The notes under the pieces were generated by a model that saw only the letters and a program-made list of their open reading frames with translations, was not told the origin of the DNA and ran no database searches. From the human T2T-CHM13v2.0 reference genome, Homo sapiens: a stretch of 64,000 bases of DNA. Below are positions 29,993-42,481 of the stretch, piece after piece (position 1 is the stretch's first letter; every line of letters begins with the position of its first letter). The stretch lies in assembly GCF_009914755.1 (NCBI RefSeq), contig NC_060926.1; one strand, given 5' to 3'. A program made the translations under genes and the position numbers.

Positions 29993-30166
29993 TACATTAC
30001 AGTGTATTAAGGAATTTCATAATTTTAAATATTGTCTTTGCATAGTCATTTTCAAAGGGAAAAATGCCTGTTTTAAACATGATTGTGTTTCTGAAGCTTC
30101 CTTGAAAGGAGAGGTATGGCTGAATTTATTTAGAGATGTGACCTTCCCACCCCATTTCCATTTTAG

Positions 30167-30510
30167 GGAGCACAAGCTTTGCTGAACTGCTCTTCAAATT
30201 TAAGCAGCTAAAAATGCCAGTGCGAGCTTTGCTGAGATTGGCTCCTTTGCTTCTTGGAAATCCACAGCCAATGGTGATGTGACCGTGTCTGGCGGTGAAC
30301 CTACCCTGAAACGTGACTTCTGCACAAAAAACGTGACCAAACATCAAAGCTAAAGCAATGTTTATAAAGTTTTATGGTATAACTAGGGGGAAATGAGCTG
30401 CACAAACCTCAATGTATTTTAAATCTGTTGCTGTCATCATTAACGGTATATGACATATAAAAGCAAGTTAAAATTTACTTTTGTAAATAAAGTTTTTGGT
30501 TTGTTTCCAA
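30167..30510 (+). pseudogene. ANAPC1P: ANAPC1-like terminal exon (STSFAELLFKFKQLKMPVRALLRLAPLLLGNPQPMVM*) plus proximal 3'UTR
   Basis: ttttag| acceptor; stop TGA 30280-30282; AATAAA 30486-30491; 3' end approximate. Confidence 0.92.
30486..30491 (+). terminator. Polyadenylation signal AATAAA
   Basis: First AATAAA after the stop codon, followed by T/GT-rich sequence. Confidence 0.7.
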
Positions 30511-30825
30511 AACTCTTGATGATTGCTTTAGTTTTGGACTTAGAGAATAGAGCAGGGGTTGCTGGAGTGAATATTGATTTTTAAAGTCTTTGAACTGTGG
30601 TGGTATAGGTGAAGTGACTATGCCCAAAAATGCCAAGTTTTAAAAGAAGCTATGTCATAAAGTTTTACTTTCTGTGGCAAAAGAGCGCTTTAGCATTTCC
30701 TCAGATGTCACAGTTGTCCTGTCTAAAATAAGTTTGTACTTCTGGTGACAATGCCAGACACTCTTATGATGTGATCACCTTAAACAGGAGAAGGAGATTT
30801 TTGCCCTCAGTTGCTCAACATGAAG

Positions 30826-31196
30826 TACTGTGGACTGAATTGTGTCCTCCCAGAATTATATATTGAGGCCCTAATCCCTGTGTGACTGTATTAGGCAATA
30901 GGGCATATAGGAGATTACTAAGGTTAAGTGAGGTCATCATAAGGGTGGGGCCTTAATTCAGTAGAATTGGTGGCCTCCTAAGCAGAGGAAGAGAGATTTT
31001 TCTTTCTCTCTCTGCCATGTGAAGACAGTGAGGAGTCGGCCGTCTGCAAGCCAAGAAGAGCCCTTATCAGGAACAGACTTGGCTAGCACCTTGATCGTGG
31101 ACCTCCAGCCTCCAAAATTGCGAGAAAATACATTTCCGTCGTTGAAACCACCCAGTCTGTGGTATTTTGTTATGGCAGCCCAGGCAGACTAATACG
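30826..31196 (+). mobile_element. MLT1A/B-like MaLR solo LTR
   Basis: ctgtggactgaattgtgtcc...ggtattttgttatggcagcc...ctaatac with 5-bp TSD TGAAG. Confidence 0.85.
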
Positions 31197-33974
31197 TGAA
31201 GCCTGCTCTAAATAGATAAAATAAGAAATTACTACAGAGGGCTCTTTAGAAATTGTATTTAAAAACAAGACAATCCATATTTACCTAAGATTTACAGAAC
31301 GTATGTCTGTAAAAGGAGGGATTTCTGGACTAGATGATGATGAAAAATGTTCATATAAAGGCACCTCCAGCTTCGAGTTGCCAACACAGGAGGAAGAATG
31401 CTCCCTGCTGTTCAGATGCTGATATGTGTCCTGTGCTTCCTGGATGGCCAGTGGGATCATAAGCTGGTAGAAGCAAGATCTTCATCCACTGACTTCATAT
31501 TTCTTCCACATCCTGAACTGTGGTGTTTGACTTTAAAAATAAATTAAAGCAAATAGAAATGTTTCCATTGAGATTTTGGCAAAAACCCACATGACATTTG
31601 CGTCTGCAGAGTAGACTTGGAAGGCATGCACCTGGAGGCCAAGTGGTATTCTCTGGACTCTCTGTCCTTGCATTTGCGTGGCTGCCCCGAGGACTCGCTT
31701 CTTCCTGGATGTGAAGCAGAGGCACGGTGGGGCTGACTGAGAGGCTGAAATGTGCTTCTCTTCACAGTTACATAGTTTTCTTCTAATTAAAAATAAATTT
31801 TAAGTGGTAGATTATGAAAATTCCATTTGAATCAAGATTTTAAAAATTCAATATCAAACCAGTTGTTACTGTCTTCACTCTCCGTTGTTTACGATTGTGT
31901 GCTTTTCCCTGAATAAAGAATGACTGGAGAGACATTAGTTGTTTGCACACATATTAACTCATACCTAAGGGAGAACAGCTTTTAGAACATTGTCGATGAA
32001 AGCAAATATCAGCTTTAAAAGAGAGAGGACAGAAAGACTGCAGATGGTCTGGAAGCAGCATTTTTAGGCCATCTGATTAGCTAGCAGGGAGCAAAGGGGA
32101 GGCTGGGAAGTCAGCCCTTGAGTAGGCCTGCTGGATCATCAAATAAATCAATTGCAGCTATTTTTGGGGCCTCAAAAAATCCTGAGGGTATGGCTCTCAC
32201 CATCCAGAACCTGCAGCCTCCTTAGAGCCATGGCTCAAAGGGAAGTGCTGCAGAAAAACATTTGGCTGTTAAGTGTTTTGGCCCAAAAATAGCACACATC
32301 ATTTCCTGTTAAAGCCTGTTGGCCCGAAGTAGTCACACTGCTCTACCTCATGTGCCCAGGACTGGGAGGAGAGGCAGACGCTGGTGAGGATCTTATGCCA
32401 GTTACATCATGGTTCCTAACTTACTAATTCCCTGTGCCCATCTTTTCTACTTAGATAGATAGAAATAGGTATCATCGCTTCCATAGACATAATTAAAGAA
32501 ACCATACAATTTACACATACACTCAGAGTGGTGGTTCTTTCCCCAGTAGACGCTGACATCTGCGTTCCTCCCTTGCAGGTCTTCTGAAGGACCTAGCAGG
32601 AGACTCAGGTTGAAACCCTACAGAACCTCGCCGTGTGCCGCCGAGTCTTCCTTGAATAAGGCCATTTTCTCACCCTTTGTCTAGTAACTAGCTGACTCCA
32701 CAGCTCATGGTAAGGGGCATGTCTCAGCTCAGGGGGTCTCCTGACATCCCAGAGGAAGCAATAAGGTGGGGGTCTTTCATCTCTCAGCCTGATGATCTGT
32801 GCACACCCACTTGGTGGGAGGCCAGGGTGCCTGTGGGCAGATGGGTCAGAGTGTGGGCCAGGATTTGGAGTAGAAGCCAGAGCATGTGAAAATCCAAACC
32901 AGGAAGACTTCGTTGCCTCCCGCATGCGGGGTTGAAGGCCTCTCTTCTGTGGTCTCCCATCCTCATGCTGATCAAATTGGGGGGGAATGTCTCACTGTGT
33001 GAGGATCACCCCAATTAAGCTGTGGGGGAGGACACAGAATCTGATCCCCTCTGTATCCTTAGCGCATGCTACCTCCAGCCACCAGGGGAAAGAAGCAGAG
33101 GTGAGGTGGGAGAGGTGGCCACTCTGGACGGTGTAACTGGGCTGGCTGCCTCTCAGCACCCACGAGCACCCCACAGATATCCACGCTAGTGTACAAAGGT
33201 TCCCAAGTGGTGGCCTTTTCCTGCTTCCAAGGGCTGCCCGGGTTCCCCCCTCTCTGAAATAGATTGGTTGCTTCTCATTACATCACAAGCTGCAGAAAAA
33301 AAATTTAAATAAAAAGCCTCTACAGCTGTGTCCTTAACTCTTACCTGTGGATAAGGATGGACTTGCCTGCCCAACATCCTCTATCTTATGTCTTTGGGTG
33401 AAAGGGAAGCTGGAATGGGCAGTAGGGGCTGCTTGGGGCAGTCAGGACCTTCAGGCTTCAGGCAAGGAGACCCACTGATCAGACACCTGCATCAAATATT
33501 GGTGCTGACAGATCCCTTAGATGGCACCGGTCCTGCCCCTCCTACAGTGAGATCCCTGTGGCTCAGGGAGGGAGGTTGACTGCCCCAAAGCACCCATCAC
33601 AACCCTAATGAAGCTGACTTTCAACCACACTTCCTATACTCCACCCTGAACTGGGTCCAGTACTGCCTGCATTCCCAGTCCAGCAGACTCTTAGGAGAAA
33701 GCAGTGATTAAATGTAAGTTAAAAGGACTTGGCACCAGGAAGAGTTTATGAACACATTTGAGAAGCAGACATACTAACTCTTCTTTACACCTTTGGAAAA
33801 GCAAAGGCTTTGTGTAATTGGAATTTGATTAACTGAATTAATCTATGTGTTGCTTTCTTGGTCACATTATAACAACCACCTTAATCTACATTTTTTTCTC
33901 ATAGCTAAAAAGATTTATTCCTATTTCATATGGTACATTATTATATGAAATCTTAAAATAAGTTATTGATTGAT

Positions 33975-34266
33975 TGAAGCAGAGTCTCCCTCTGTTGCCC
34001 AGGCTGGCATCAGTGACATGACCATAGCTCACTCCAGCTCACTGCAGGCTCAACTTTCTGGGTTCAAGCGATCCTCCTGCCTCAGCCTCCTGAGTAAATG
34101 GGACTACAGGTGCATACCACCACACCCAGCTAAATTTTTAAAATTTTTGTAGAGATGAAGTATTGCTATGGTGCCGTCTGGTCTCAGACTCCTGGCCTCA
34201 GGTGATTCTCCTGCCTTGGCCTCCCAAAGTGCTAGGATTACAGGTATGAGCCACTGCACCCAGCCT
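33975..34266 (-). mobile_element. Alu (AluJ-like)
   Basis: Antisense Alu. Confidence 0.85.
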
Positions 34267-34444
34267 AAAATAAAATTTTTATACTAAATTCAATAAAATA
34301 TATAAATAACTGGAAAGTCTTAATTCTCAGTGCTTGCCTTGTCTCTGTAGTTAAGGGATCTGTCACACTCAGGCACTCTTCCTTGTGATGCTGTAGGCCA
34401 TGTGCTTTAAGAACTCAGGCACACTAGCTCATTAGGGGAGCTTA

Positions 34445-34913
<469 letters not shown>

Positions 34914-35904
34914 TTAGGGCAGTTTCATCAGCTGGAAATGTGGATAAATGTATGCAACTCTAAAGTTGAAGGAAGATGCGTTAGCAAATCCATCATGGTT
35001 AGCATCCCTAGCTGCCATCTGCCTGCCCCGTTGGATCTAGAGAAGATGAGGTCAAACCTTTCTCACTCCATGTTCTGTGCAAATTTCTGCAAATCCACAG
35101 AGCAGGGTGTAGGTGCTGTCTCCAATGTCACTTCCCTCCAAACTCCCTGCTCTGTTGCACTAATTCATTTGTGGTTCATCTCACTGTGCCCCATGCGTGG
35201 GCTGAATGTCAGTCAGCTTGGCGTCTTCACTGCCTCCTTTTGTCTCTCCTTAGCTTCCAGCTGTTTTCCCTATGTAGTGTCAGATGAGAGTCTTCCAGTG
35301 GGAGATGCCCATGCAGGGCCTGGAGGATAGAGGAGGAGGTGAAGCCTTTACTCTCCTGCACTGGCTACAGCAGACACAGGGCAGATGGCATACTCCTGAC
35401 TGCAGGAAGCTAATACCAGCTGTGGCAGGTGTCACCACTCCTGAGTTTCTGGAAGTTTACAGGAGCTTCTCTGTCCTCTGCTTCCTTCATTTTCCTGTTT
35501 GGATCTCTGAGCAAAATCCATGACCCCTTGAGGGATGCAATGCTCAGATGTAAAGTCATCCCCATCCTCGAGTCCCACCAAAACCACCCACTGCCACTCA
35601 GGGACTAGGCTTTGCTTCTAGAATTTCTAGCCCTCTGGTTACCTCCTCTGAGCTCCCAGTGCTGTTCACTTTTCCATTCTCAAATCCTCAGTTGTTCTCT
35701 AAAATGCCAGAATTTCTTTGCAATTTCCTAACCCCTGAACAAACTCACCTGGGTGGCACCAATCTCAAAGCTGCAGCAGTGGGTCTCACTATGCTTTCAG
35801 TACAACCTTACATAAGTTCAGAGAAAGCCTGGACTGAGGAAATGAAAACCTGCCCTGCTGCTCATCAGGCTGGTGATTCTTTATCCAATCCACTGGTGGT
35901 GAGC

Positions 35905-36379
35905 CCCTGGGTTGATTCCATGTCTCTGCTATTGTGAATAGTGCTGGGATGAACACGTGAGTGCACGTGTCTTTTTGATAGAACAATTTATTTTCTGTTA
36001 GATAGATATACTCAGTAATGGGATTGCTGGGTCACATGGCAGTTCTCTTTTACGTTCTCTGAGAAATCTCCACACTGCTTTCCACAGTGGCTGAACTAAT
36101 TGACACTCTCACCAGCAGTGTGTAAGTGATCCCTTTTCTCTGCAGCCTTCCCAGCATGTGTCATTGTTTTACTTTTTTAAAAAACAATAGCCATTCTAAC
36201 TGGGGTGAGATGGTCTTTCATTGTGGTTTTGGTTTGTATTTCTCTGATGATTAGTGATTAGTGATATTGAGAATATTTTCGTGTTTGTTGACTGCTTGTA
36301 TGTCTTCTTTTAGAAGTGTCTGTGCGTGTCCTTTGCCCACTTTTTAATGGAGTTGTTTTTTGCTTGTTGATTTAAGTTC
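35905..36379 (-). mobile_element. L1 (L1PB/L1MA-like) ORF2 3' fragment, abruptly truncated
   Basis: ORF 35789..35986 (KDTCTHVFIPALFTIAETWNQP) is L1 ORF2 C-terminal-like; gggattgctgggtca and ttccacagtggctgaactaat motifs. Confidence 0.85.
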
Positions 36380-36442
36380 ACTGCTTCTTTGTTGTGGGAG
36401 GGGGAAGGCGGGGATGGGCGGGAGCTACAAGAAAAGAGGCAT

Positions 36443-36711
36443 CCCCTCAGACACTGGGTTAAAGAAGGAAGAGGCTCTATTCAGCTGGGAGCATTGGCAG
36501 ACTTGCGTCTCAAGAACTGAGCTCTCTGAAGAAAGAGTTCCTGGCCCTTTTAAGGGCTTACAACTCTAAGGGGTCCACGTGAAAAGGTCATGATAGATTA
36601 AGATCTATAGATAGCACATGTGGTTAGAGTGCGGGGTTAATCTTTTTCAGCTTTTACTTCCTCCTTCTCTTCAGAGACAGGAGACAGTAAGAGAAATGGC
36701 CTCTCTCCTCA
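36443..36711 (-). mobile_element. 3' LTR (LTR2-like), shortened and lacking its terminal ~25 nt
   Basis: Begins TGAGGAGAGAGGCC right after the PPT (aaagggggaa, 36712-36722); R/U5 part matches 38841-38925. Confidence 0.8.
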
Positions 36712-36736
36712 TTCCCCCCTTTGAGAACCTCACTCA

Positions 36737-37019
36737 CTAGTGGGAGTTCTCACTTTCATCTTCACTATCCAGGTCTTCCTGAGAGACAGCTGAGGTCTTT
36801 TGATGAACTAAGGTGGTAACGGAGCCTCTTAGTGACTGGAGAAATATGGGTAATGTACAGGGGAGTAGCATGCAGGTTCCTAATACTATTATTATTCCTA
36901 TTATAAGAGTTTTAAATCCTCCTAGAGCTGGAAACCATTTTCCAAACAGGAATCCAGGATCAAGCCTATGCCAAACCTGCACGGGCACATGTGCCAGCTT
37001 TGTCATGTCTCTAACTATC
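36737..37019 (-). pseudogene. env: ERV env C-terminal (TM/cytoplasmic) remnant
   Basis: IVRDMTKLAHVPVQVW...GKWFPALGGFKTLIIGIIIVLGTCMLLPC...EDESENSH*, immediately before the PPT. Confidence 0.85.
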
Positions 37020-37187
37020 CTCATGCTTCGGCTATGCATGGACCAGTCAGCTTCCGAGTGTGACTGGAGCAGGGCTTGTCGTCTTCTTCAGAGTCACTAT
37101 GCAGGTGTTGTCCGGGCTTGGTCTCGCCTCCCAAGTCTCAGTTGGCCGGGAGCGTCCGCAGACTTGTGTCTCAAGAACTGAGCTCTC

Positions 37188-38261
37188 ATCTTTTCCTTGA
37201 ATGACCTGAGAGACTTTGTTAACATTTGTGGCCTTCTGAGCTCCCTTCTTTAACCCTTCCAGAAGGGCTTCCATGTATGGGTTTAGCCTTTGCATACCCT
37301 GTCTTTCATTTGGGTCCCAGTGGGGGTCTGTTCCTGGTAATTGGATCCTCACATACTTTTGGGGGTTTTGGTAATCAGCTGGAACATGTTCTTCCACCCA
37401 CTTAGTTGCTGCTTGGAGCACTCTCCTTTCATCTGTGTTAAAGAGGTACATGAGCAACTGGTGGCAATCAGCTCAGGTGGGGTTGTGGGTCTGGATAATA
37501 GTTTGGAGCAAACCAATTATAGCTTGAGGCTTTTCAGTATAGGATGGGGTATTGTTTTTCCAATTGAGGAGATCGACAGAGGTGAAGGGTTTGTACACAA
37601 AGGCATGCCTTTCCACCATATGCCCATCCTCATCTACCCAGTATACTGTTGCTTTCTCATGGGCATTTGTATCCCAGTTCTAGGCCTCAAATGGGCTGCC
37701 AAGGGAGGGGTTTCTCCTGAGGTCTCACATCCTGTCTTTTCTACCCTGGGTGGCCTAGGGGTATGTAGGCCTTGGGAAGCTCAGGCGCAGTGGCCTCAGG
37801 AGTGGGAGGCCTTCATTCTTGGTGAAACGGGGGGCCACTGGTGCCATTTCTTGCCATGAATCTTCTGATGTTGGGTCGGACAGGACTTCAGGAGCTGACT
37901 CCCCTCAGTGGGTGGAGCAGGATTCTTCTTTGGCTGTCTGTCCCTTTGCTACTAGTACTGCTGCTGCCTGTCCTCTTAACGACTGTGGGGGGTCTAAAAC
38001 CAGCTGTAACCAAGTGTCTATGTACGGAAACTGGTCTGGGTGTCCTGGCTTACCAGTTACCTTGTGCCATACCTTTGAAACAAGGGGCCAGTCTAGGCTT
38101 CCTTCTGATGGCCAACCTACTTCTAATGCTGGCCAGTCTATCTCACACAAAGTTCTAAGTTTTCCTGGTGTCATAGTAACTCCATAGTCCCCATTAAATC
38201 CTTTCTTGAAATTTTTCAACATAGTTCCTAGTGGAGTGGGCTTACTTTGCGTTCCACCCAT
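37188..38261 (-). pseudogene. gag: ERV gag remnant (MA through CA), with stops/frameshifts
   Basis: MGGTQSK...TLCEIDWPALEVGWPSEGS...GHPDQFPYIDTW; CA ...LFNTDERR...DPHWDPN...GLKKGAQKATNVNKVSQVIQGKDES. Confidence 0.9.
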
Positions 38262-38792
38262 CTTCCTCCTGAGACAAAACAACACTCACACCACAAGAAG
38301 GAAAGTCTGAAGGGGTCACTCACTCATCTTGCCTGTCTCAAACTCAAGCACTCATTCACTTTCACTTTCCTTTTTGCAAACAAGTTAAGCCAAATCAAAA
38401 TCAATATTGAGATCAAAGTGCCAATTGCAATCAAGTCAAGTCAAATCAAAATCAATACTGAGATCAAAGTGCTGATAAGGGCACATTGTGGGTGATCAGG
38501 CGACACTTCCACTCAAATGGAGCGGGCAAATTCCCAGGACTGGTCCTACTGTATTTCAGATGTCCAGACTCCAAGTGCCAGTTCCTTCCCGGTGTTCAGC
38601 TGCTGCATTGATCCTCCATGGGGCCCTGCCGTGCACTGCTGTGATGAGGCGTTCCACCAGGGCAAATGCCTACCCGGCAGTGCTCTCAGGATCTGCATTG
38701 CTCAAGCTGGCTGGAGTCCCCCACAGGGATGCTCCGCAGGGCAGGCCAAAGCTGCCTAAGGGGCTCCCTCAACTGTCCATTAATCACCTCAC

Positions 38793-38810
38793 TTCTGGGT
38801 CAGGGAACCA
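38793..38810 (-). other. Primer-binding site, tRNA-Glu type
   Basis: Minus strand tggttccctgacccagaa directly after LTR end ...gctaca; 2 mismatches to TGGTTCCCTGACCGGGAA. Confidence 0.85.
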
Positions 38811-40482
38811 AGAAATGTAGCAGGACAAGCCGCAGACAAAACCCCTCAGACACCGGGTTAAAGAAGGAAGAGGCTTTATTCGGCCGGGAGCATTGGCCGA
38901 CTTGTGTCTCAAGAACTGAGCTCTCATCTTTTCCTTGAATGACCTCAAAGACTTTGTTAACATTTGTGGCCGTCTGAGCTCCCTTCTTTAACCTGGTGTC
39001 TGAGGGGTTTTGTCTGCAGCTCGTCCTGCTACAGTGACACTTAGCCTCAGTCTCATTTCCAGTAGGGTCAAACTGATGACCTGACATACTTATTTTCTGT
39101 GCTCTCAGCTGTGTCTAAATATCCCTGTGAACCACTATAAATTCATGGGCAATCAAGCGTGGCCCAAAAATATGACCAGAGTGGCGCAGACCTGCCTACA
39201 ATAGCCCTTGAAGCTGATTGAGGCAGTGCCTAGATGCCCTGCAAGAAGGCTGGTGACACCTACCCCTGTCTGAGGCATCTTCCTCATGTCTGGTAGATGC
39301 TCTCTTCCTGCTCCTCCCCCATTGTCCCTGGGGCTCCTCAAGGCTCTCGAGGCAGCCACTGATGGCCAGGTTCTCTGTGGGAGTTGGCTCTCCTGTCAGT
39401 CCTCCTTCCTTCTCTCTTTTGCCCACATTCCCTCCTCTCCTGTCTTCCCCCAAAATTCAAAAACTGTTTTTATTCCTGCTGCATCCCCAATCATTCATCT
39501 GGAGACTCACAGGTGGTCCCTTCCCCATCCCCTGAGACTCCTTGGGAGAAGATAGTTCAGGATCCGAGACTTGGTCTAGTACAGGAATGAGTGATAGCCA
39601 CCCTGAGTGAGTGCCTTCATGGCTCTCTGGAGTTCCAGGCCCTTGAAGCGGAGCTTACACTTACCCAGAGTGCAGCCCATGACAGTGTGAAAGAGCACTG
39701 GCTGTAGCCAAGCGTTAGGGACCAAATGCTTCCAAGATTCCAGAGCGTTGGTCTAGATTCACTGATGTCATCACATCATTCCACGAGGAATGGCTCTTTG
39801 GTTTATAAAAGGCACTCAAGGAAAAGGCCATGAGCCTCACAGGGAAGGGGGTTAGTGTCCCAGCCCGAATGCTGGAGTCACCTGCTCTTACCCCAACATG
39901 ACCTTCACGTGGGGCCTCATCTTGTGTTCAATCAAATCCATTAATGATTTCAAATGAAAATGTTACATTCACATAGCAGAAAATTGAGAATATGCAAAAT
40001 TAAAAGTTGATTAACCTCTCATCTATACTACAAAGTTACAAATATTGTTTATTTTTATTGCCTTATTTGTGTTTAGTATCATATTAAAATTTAAAAATGT
40101 AAGCTTTAATATTTTGAGATAATCATAGATTCACATGTGATTGTAAGAAGTAACACAGAGGGGCTCTAGATACCCCTCATCAAAATTTCTCCAGTGGTAA
40201 CAACTTGCATAACTATAGTTCAATATCACAATAGGAAATTGAGTTTGGTACAATCCATTGACATTGTTCAGATTTCATCAGTCTTATATACACTTGCTAG
40301 TGTGTGTGCATTTTGTTCTATGCAATTTTATCTCATGTATACACTTGTGTGACCACCACCAAGTTACAGAACAGTTGTATTATAAGAATACTTCCTATTA
40401 CTTTTTTTAGAACTTCATCTTCCCTAATCCCTGGCAACCACTAATCTTTACAACCTTATAATTTTGTTATTTGAACAATATT

Positions 40483-41480
40483 GACCAGGCATGGTGGCTC
40501 ACGCCTCTAATCCGGGCACTTTGGGAGGTCAAGGTGGGCGGATCACTTGAGCTCAGGGGTTTGAAACCAGCCTGGGCAACATGTTGAAACCCCATCTCTA
40601 CAGAAAATACAAAAATTAGCCAGGCGTGGTGGTGTGCACCTGTAGTCCGAGCTACTTGTAGAGCCGAGTTGGGAGAATCACTTGAGCCCAGGAGGTCAAG
40701 CCTGCAATGATCTGTGTTTGTACTATTACTGGTGGTGAATCCACGTGGGTCTGCAGCAACCTCAGTTCTTGCCTCCTCAGAAGAAAGAATTCGACTGAAG
40801 AGCATAAGGCAGAAGAAGAGACTGGGGCAAATTTTAGAGCAGGAGTAAAAGTTTATTAAAAAGCTTTAGAGAAGGAACAAAAGGAAGGAAAGAACACTTG
40901 GAAGAGGCCCAAGTGGGCGACTTGAAGGACAAAAGTGCAGGGTTTGTTGGGGTTTGGTATGCAGGCATACTTCTGGGGTTTTGTGTTCCTTCTCCCCTGA
41001 TTCTTTCTTTGGGGTGGGCTGTCTGCATGCACAGTGGCCTGCTAGCGCTTGTGAGAGGAGCATGTGCAGTGTGCTGACTGGAGTTGTATGCATGCTCACC
41101 TGAGGCATTCTTCCCTTACCAGCTGAATGCCCCTAGGAGGTCATACACCAGTTAAACTCTGCCATCTTGCCTCTTAGTCTGCATGTGTGAGCCTACTTGT
41201 TCAACTCCTGAGATTTTACTGGGAAGCTACTGATCACCAGGTTCAGGTGTTTTCTATTTATCAGGAAACTGCCTTTCTCTGGCACTGGCTGTAACCAATT
41301 ATTATTTTAGAGAGACAGTTAACAACTGCTTGACCATCACCTGGTGGTTGCCTAACATTCCTGGTTTGGGGTTGTGAGGGGCTCTCTCCTGCCCTGCTCA
41401 GACCTGACCAGCTACCTACTATAACAGCACCACTGCACTCCACCCTGGGTGACAAAGCAATCCTGTCTCAAAACAAAAAG
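40483..41480 (+). mobile_element. AluJ-like split by an LTR insertion
   Basis: Alu stops at 40723 and resumes (gcaccactgcactcca) at 41427. Confidence 0.88.
40724..41426 (-). mobile_element. ERV1 solo LTR (MER50-like, ~700 bp)
   Basis: t(a)ttactggtgg...cctactataaca termini, 4-bp near-TSD gtac/gcac; family assigned from memory. Confidence 0.75.
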
Positions 41481-42017
41481 AAAACAAAAATGAAAAGCCC
41501 CCAGTATTACCTAAATGGAACCAGCCAGTATATAATCTGGGATTGGTGTTTTTCACTTAGCGTAATTCCCGATATCCAGCCAAGTTGTTGCATGAATCAA
41601 TAGTTAATTCATTTTTATTGCCTAGTGGTGCTCCCAGTCATATGATAAGGGCACATTGACTTTGTAAGAAGCTGCCATACTTTGTTCTAGAGTGGTCCTG
41701 CCATTGTACATGCCTGCCAGCAGTGTCTGAGTGATCCATTTTCTCCGCATTGCCAGTGTTTGGTGTTATCGTTATTTTCTAGTTTAACCATATAAGACTG
41801 TGGTTTTAACTGAAATATCTTTTCAATAACATCACACAGTTGGCAAATAATGTTTATCCTTTGCCCATGTCTTCTCATTATTGAGCCATAATTTTTAAAG
41901 ATATTTTATTGGGTAAACATATTTACATAACAGTAAATGCCTTAATTGTCTTTGTATATTCTAAATATAATTTCTTTATCATTTATATGGCTTGCAAATA
42001 TTTTCTCCCATTCTGTA

Positions 42018-42313
<296 letters not shown>

Positions 42314-42316
42314 CCT

Positions 42317-42430
42317 GTCTCTTTCTTCCTTCCTTCCTTCCTTCCTTCCTTCCTTTCTTTCTTCCTTTCTCTTTCTTTCTCTTTCTTTCCTTCTTTCTCC
42401 TTCCTTCCTTTCCTTTTCTTTCTTTCTTCT

Positions 42431-42481
<51 letters not shown>

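Larger units (their letters stand above)
36443..39033 (-). mobile_element. Internally deleted, rearranged HERV-E/Harlequin-like provirus with LTR2-family LTR pieces
   Basis: tRNA-Glu-type PBS, gag (MGGTQSKPTPLGTMLKNFKKGF...), env TM tail, PPT, partial LTRs. Confidence 0.88.
40090..42010 (-). mobile_element. L1MC-like 3' fragments interrupted by Alu and LTR
   Basis: aatcatagattcacatg...gtaagaagtaacacagag...ccctggcaaccactaatct; resumes after 41500. Confidence 0.65.

Noticed and set aside
38385-38475. Short direct repeat (caaatcaaaatcaata.tgagatcaaagtgc x2) in the ERV leader
   Set aside because: Tandem leader repeats are common in class I HERVs; nothing suggests a locus-specific event.
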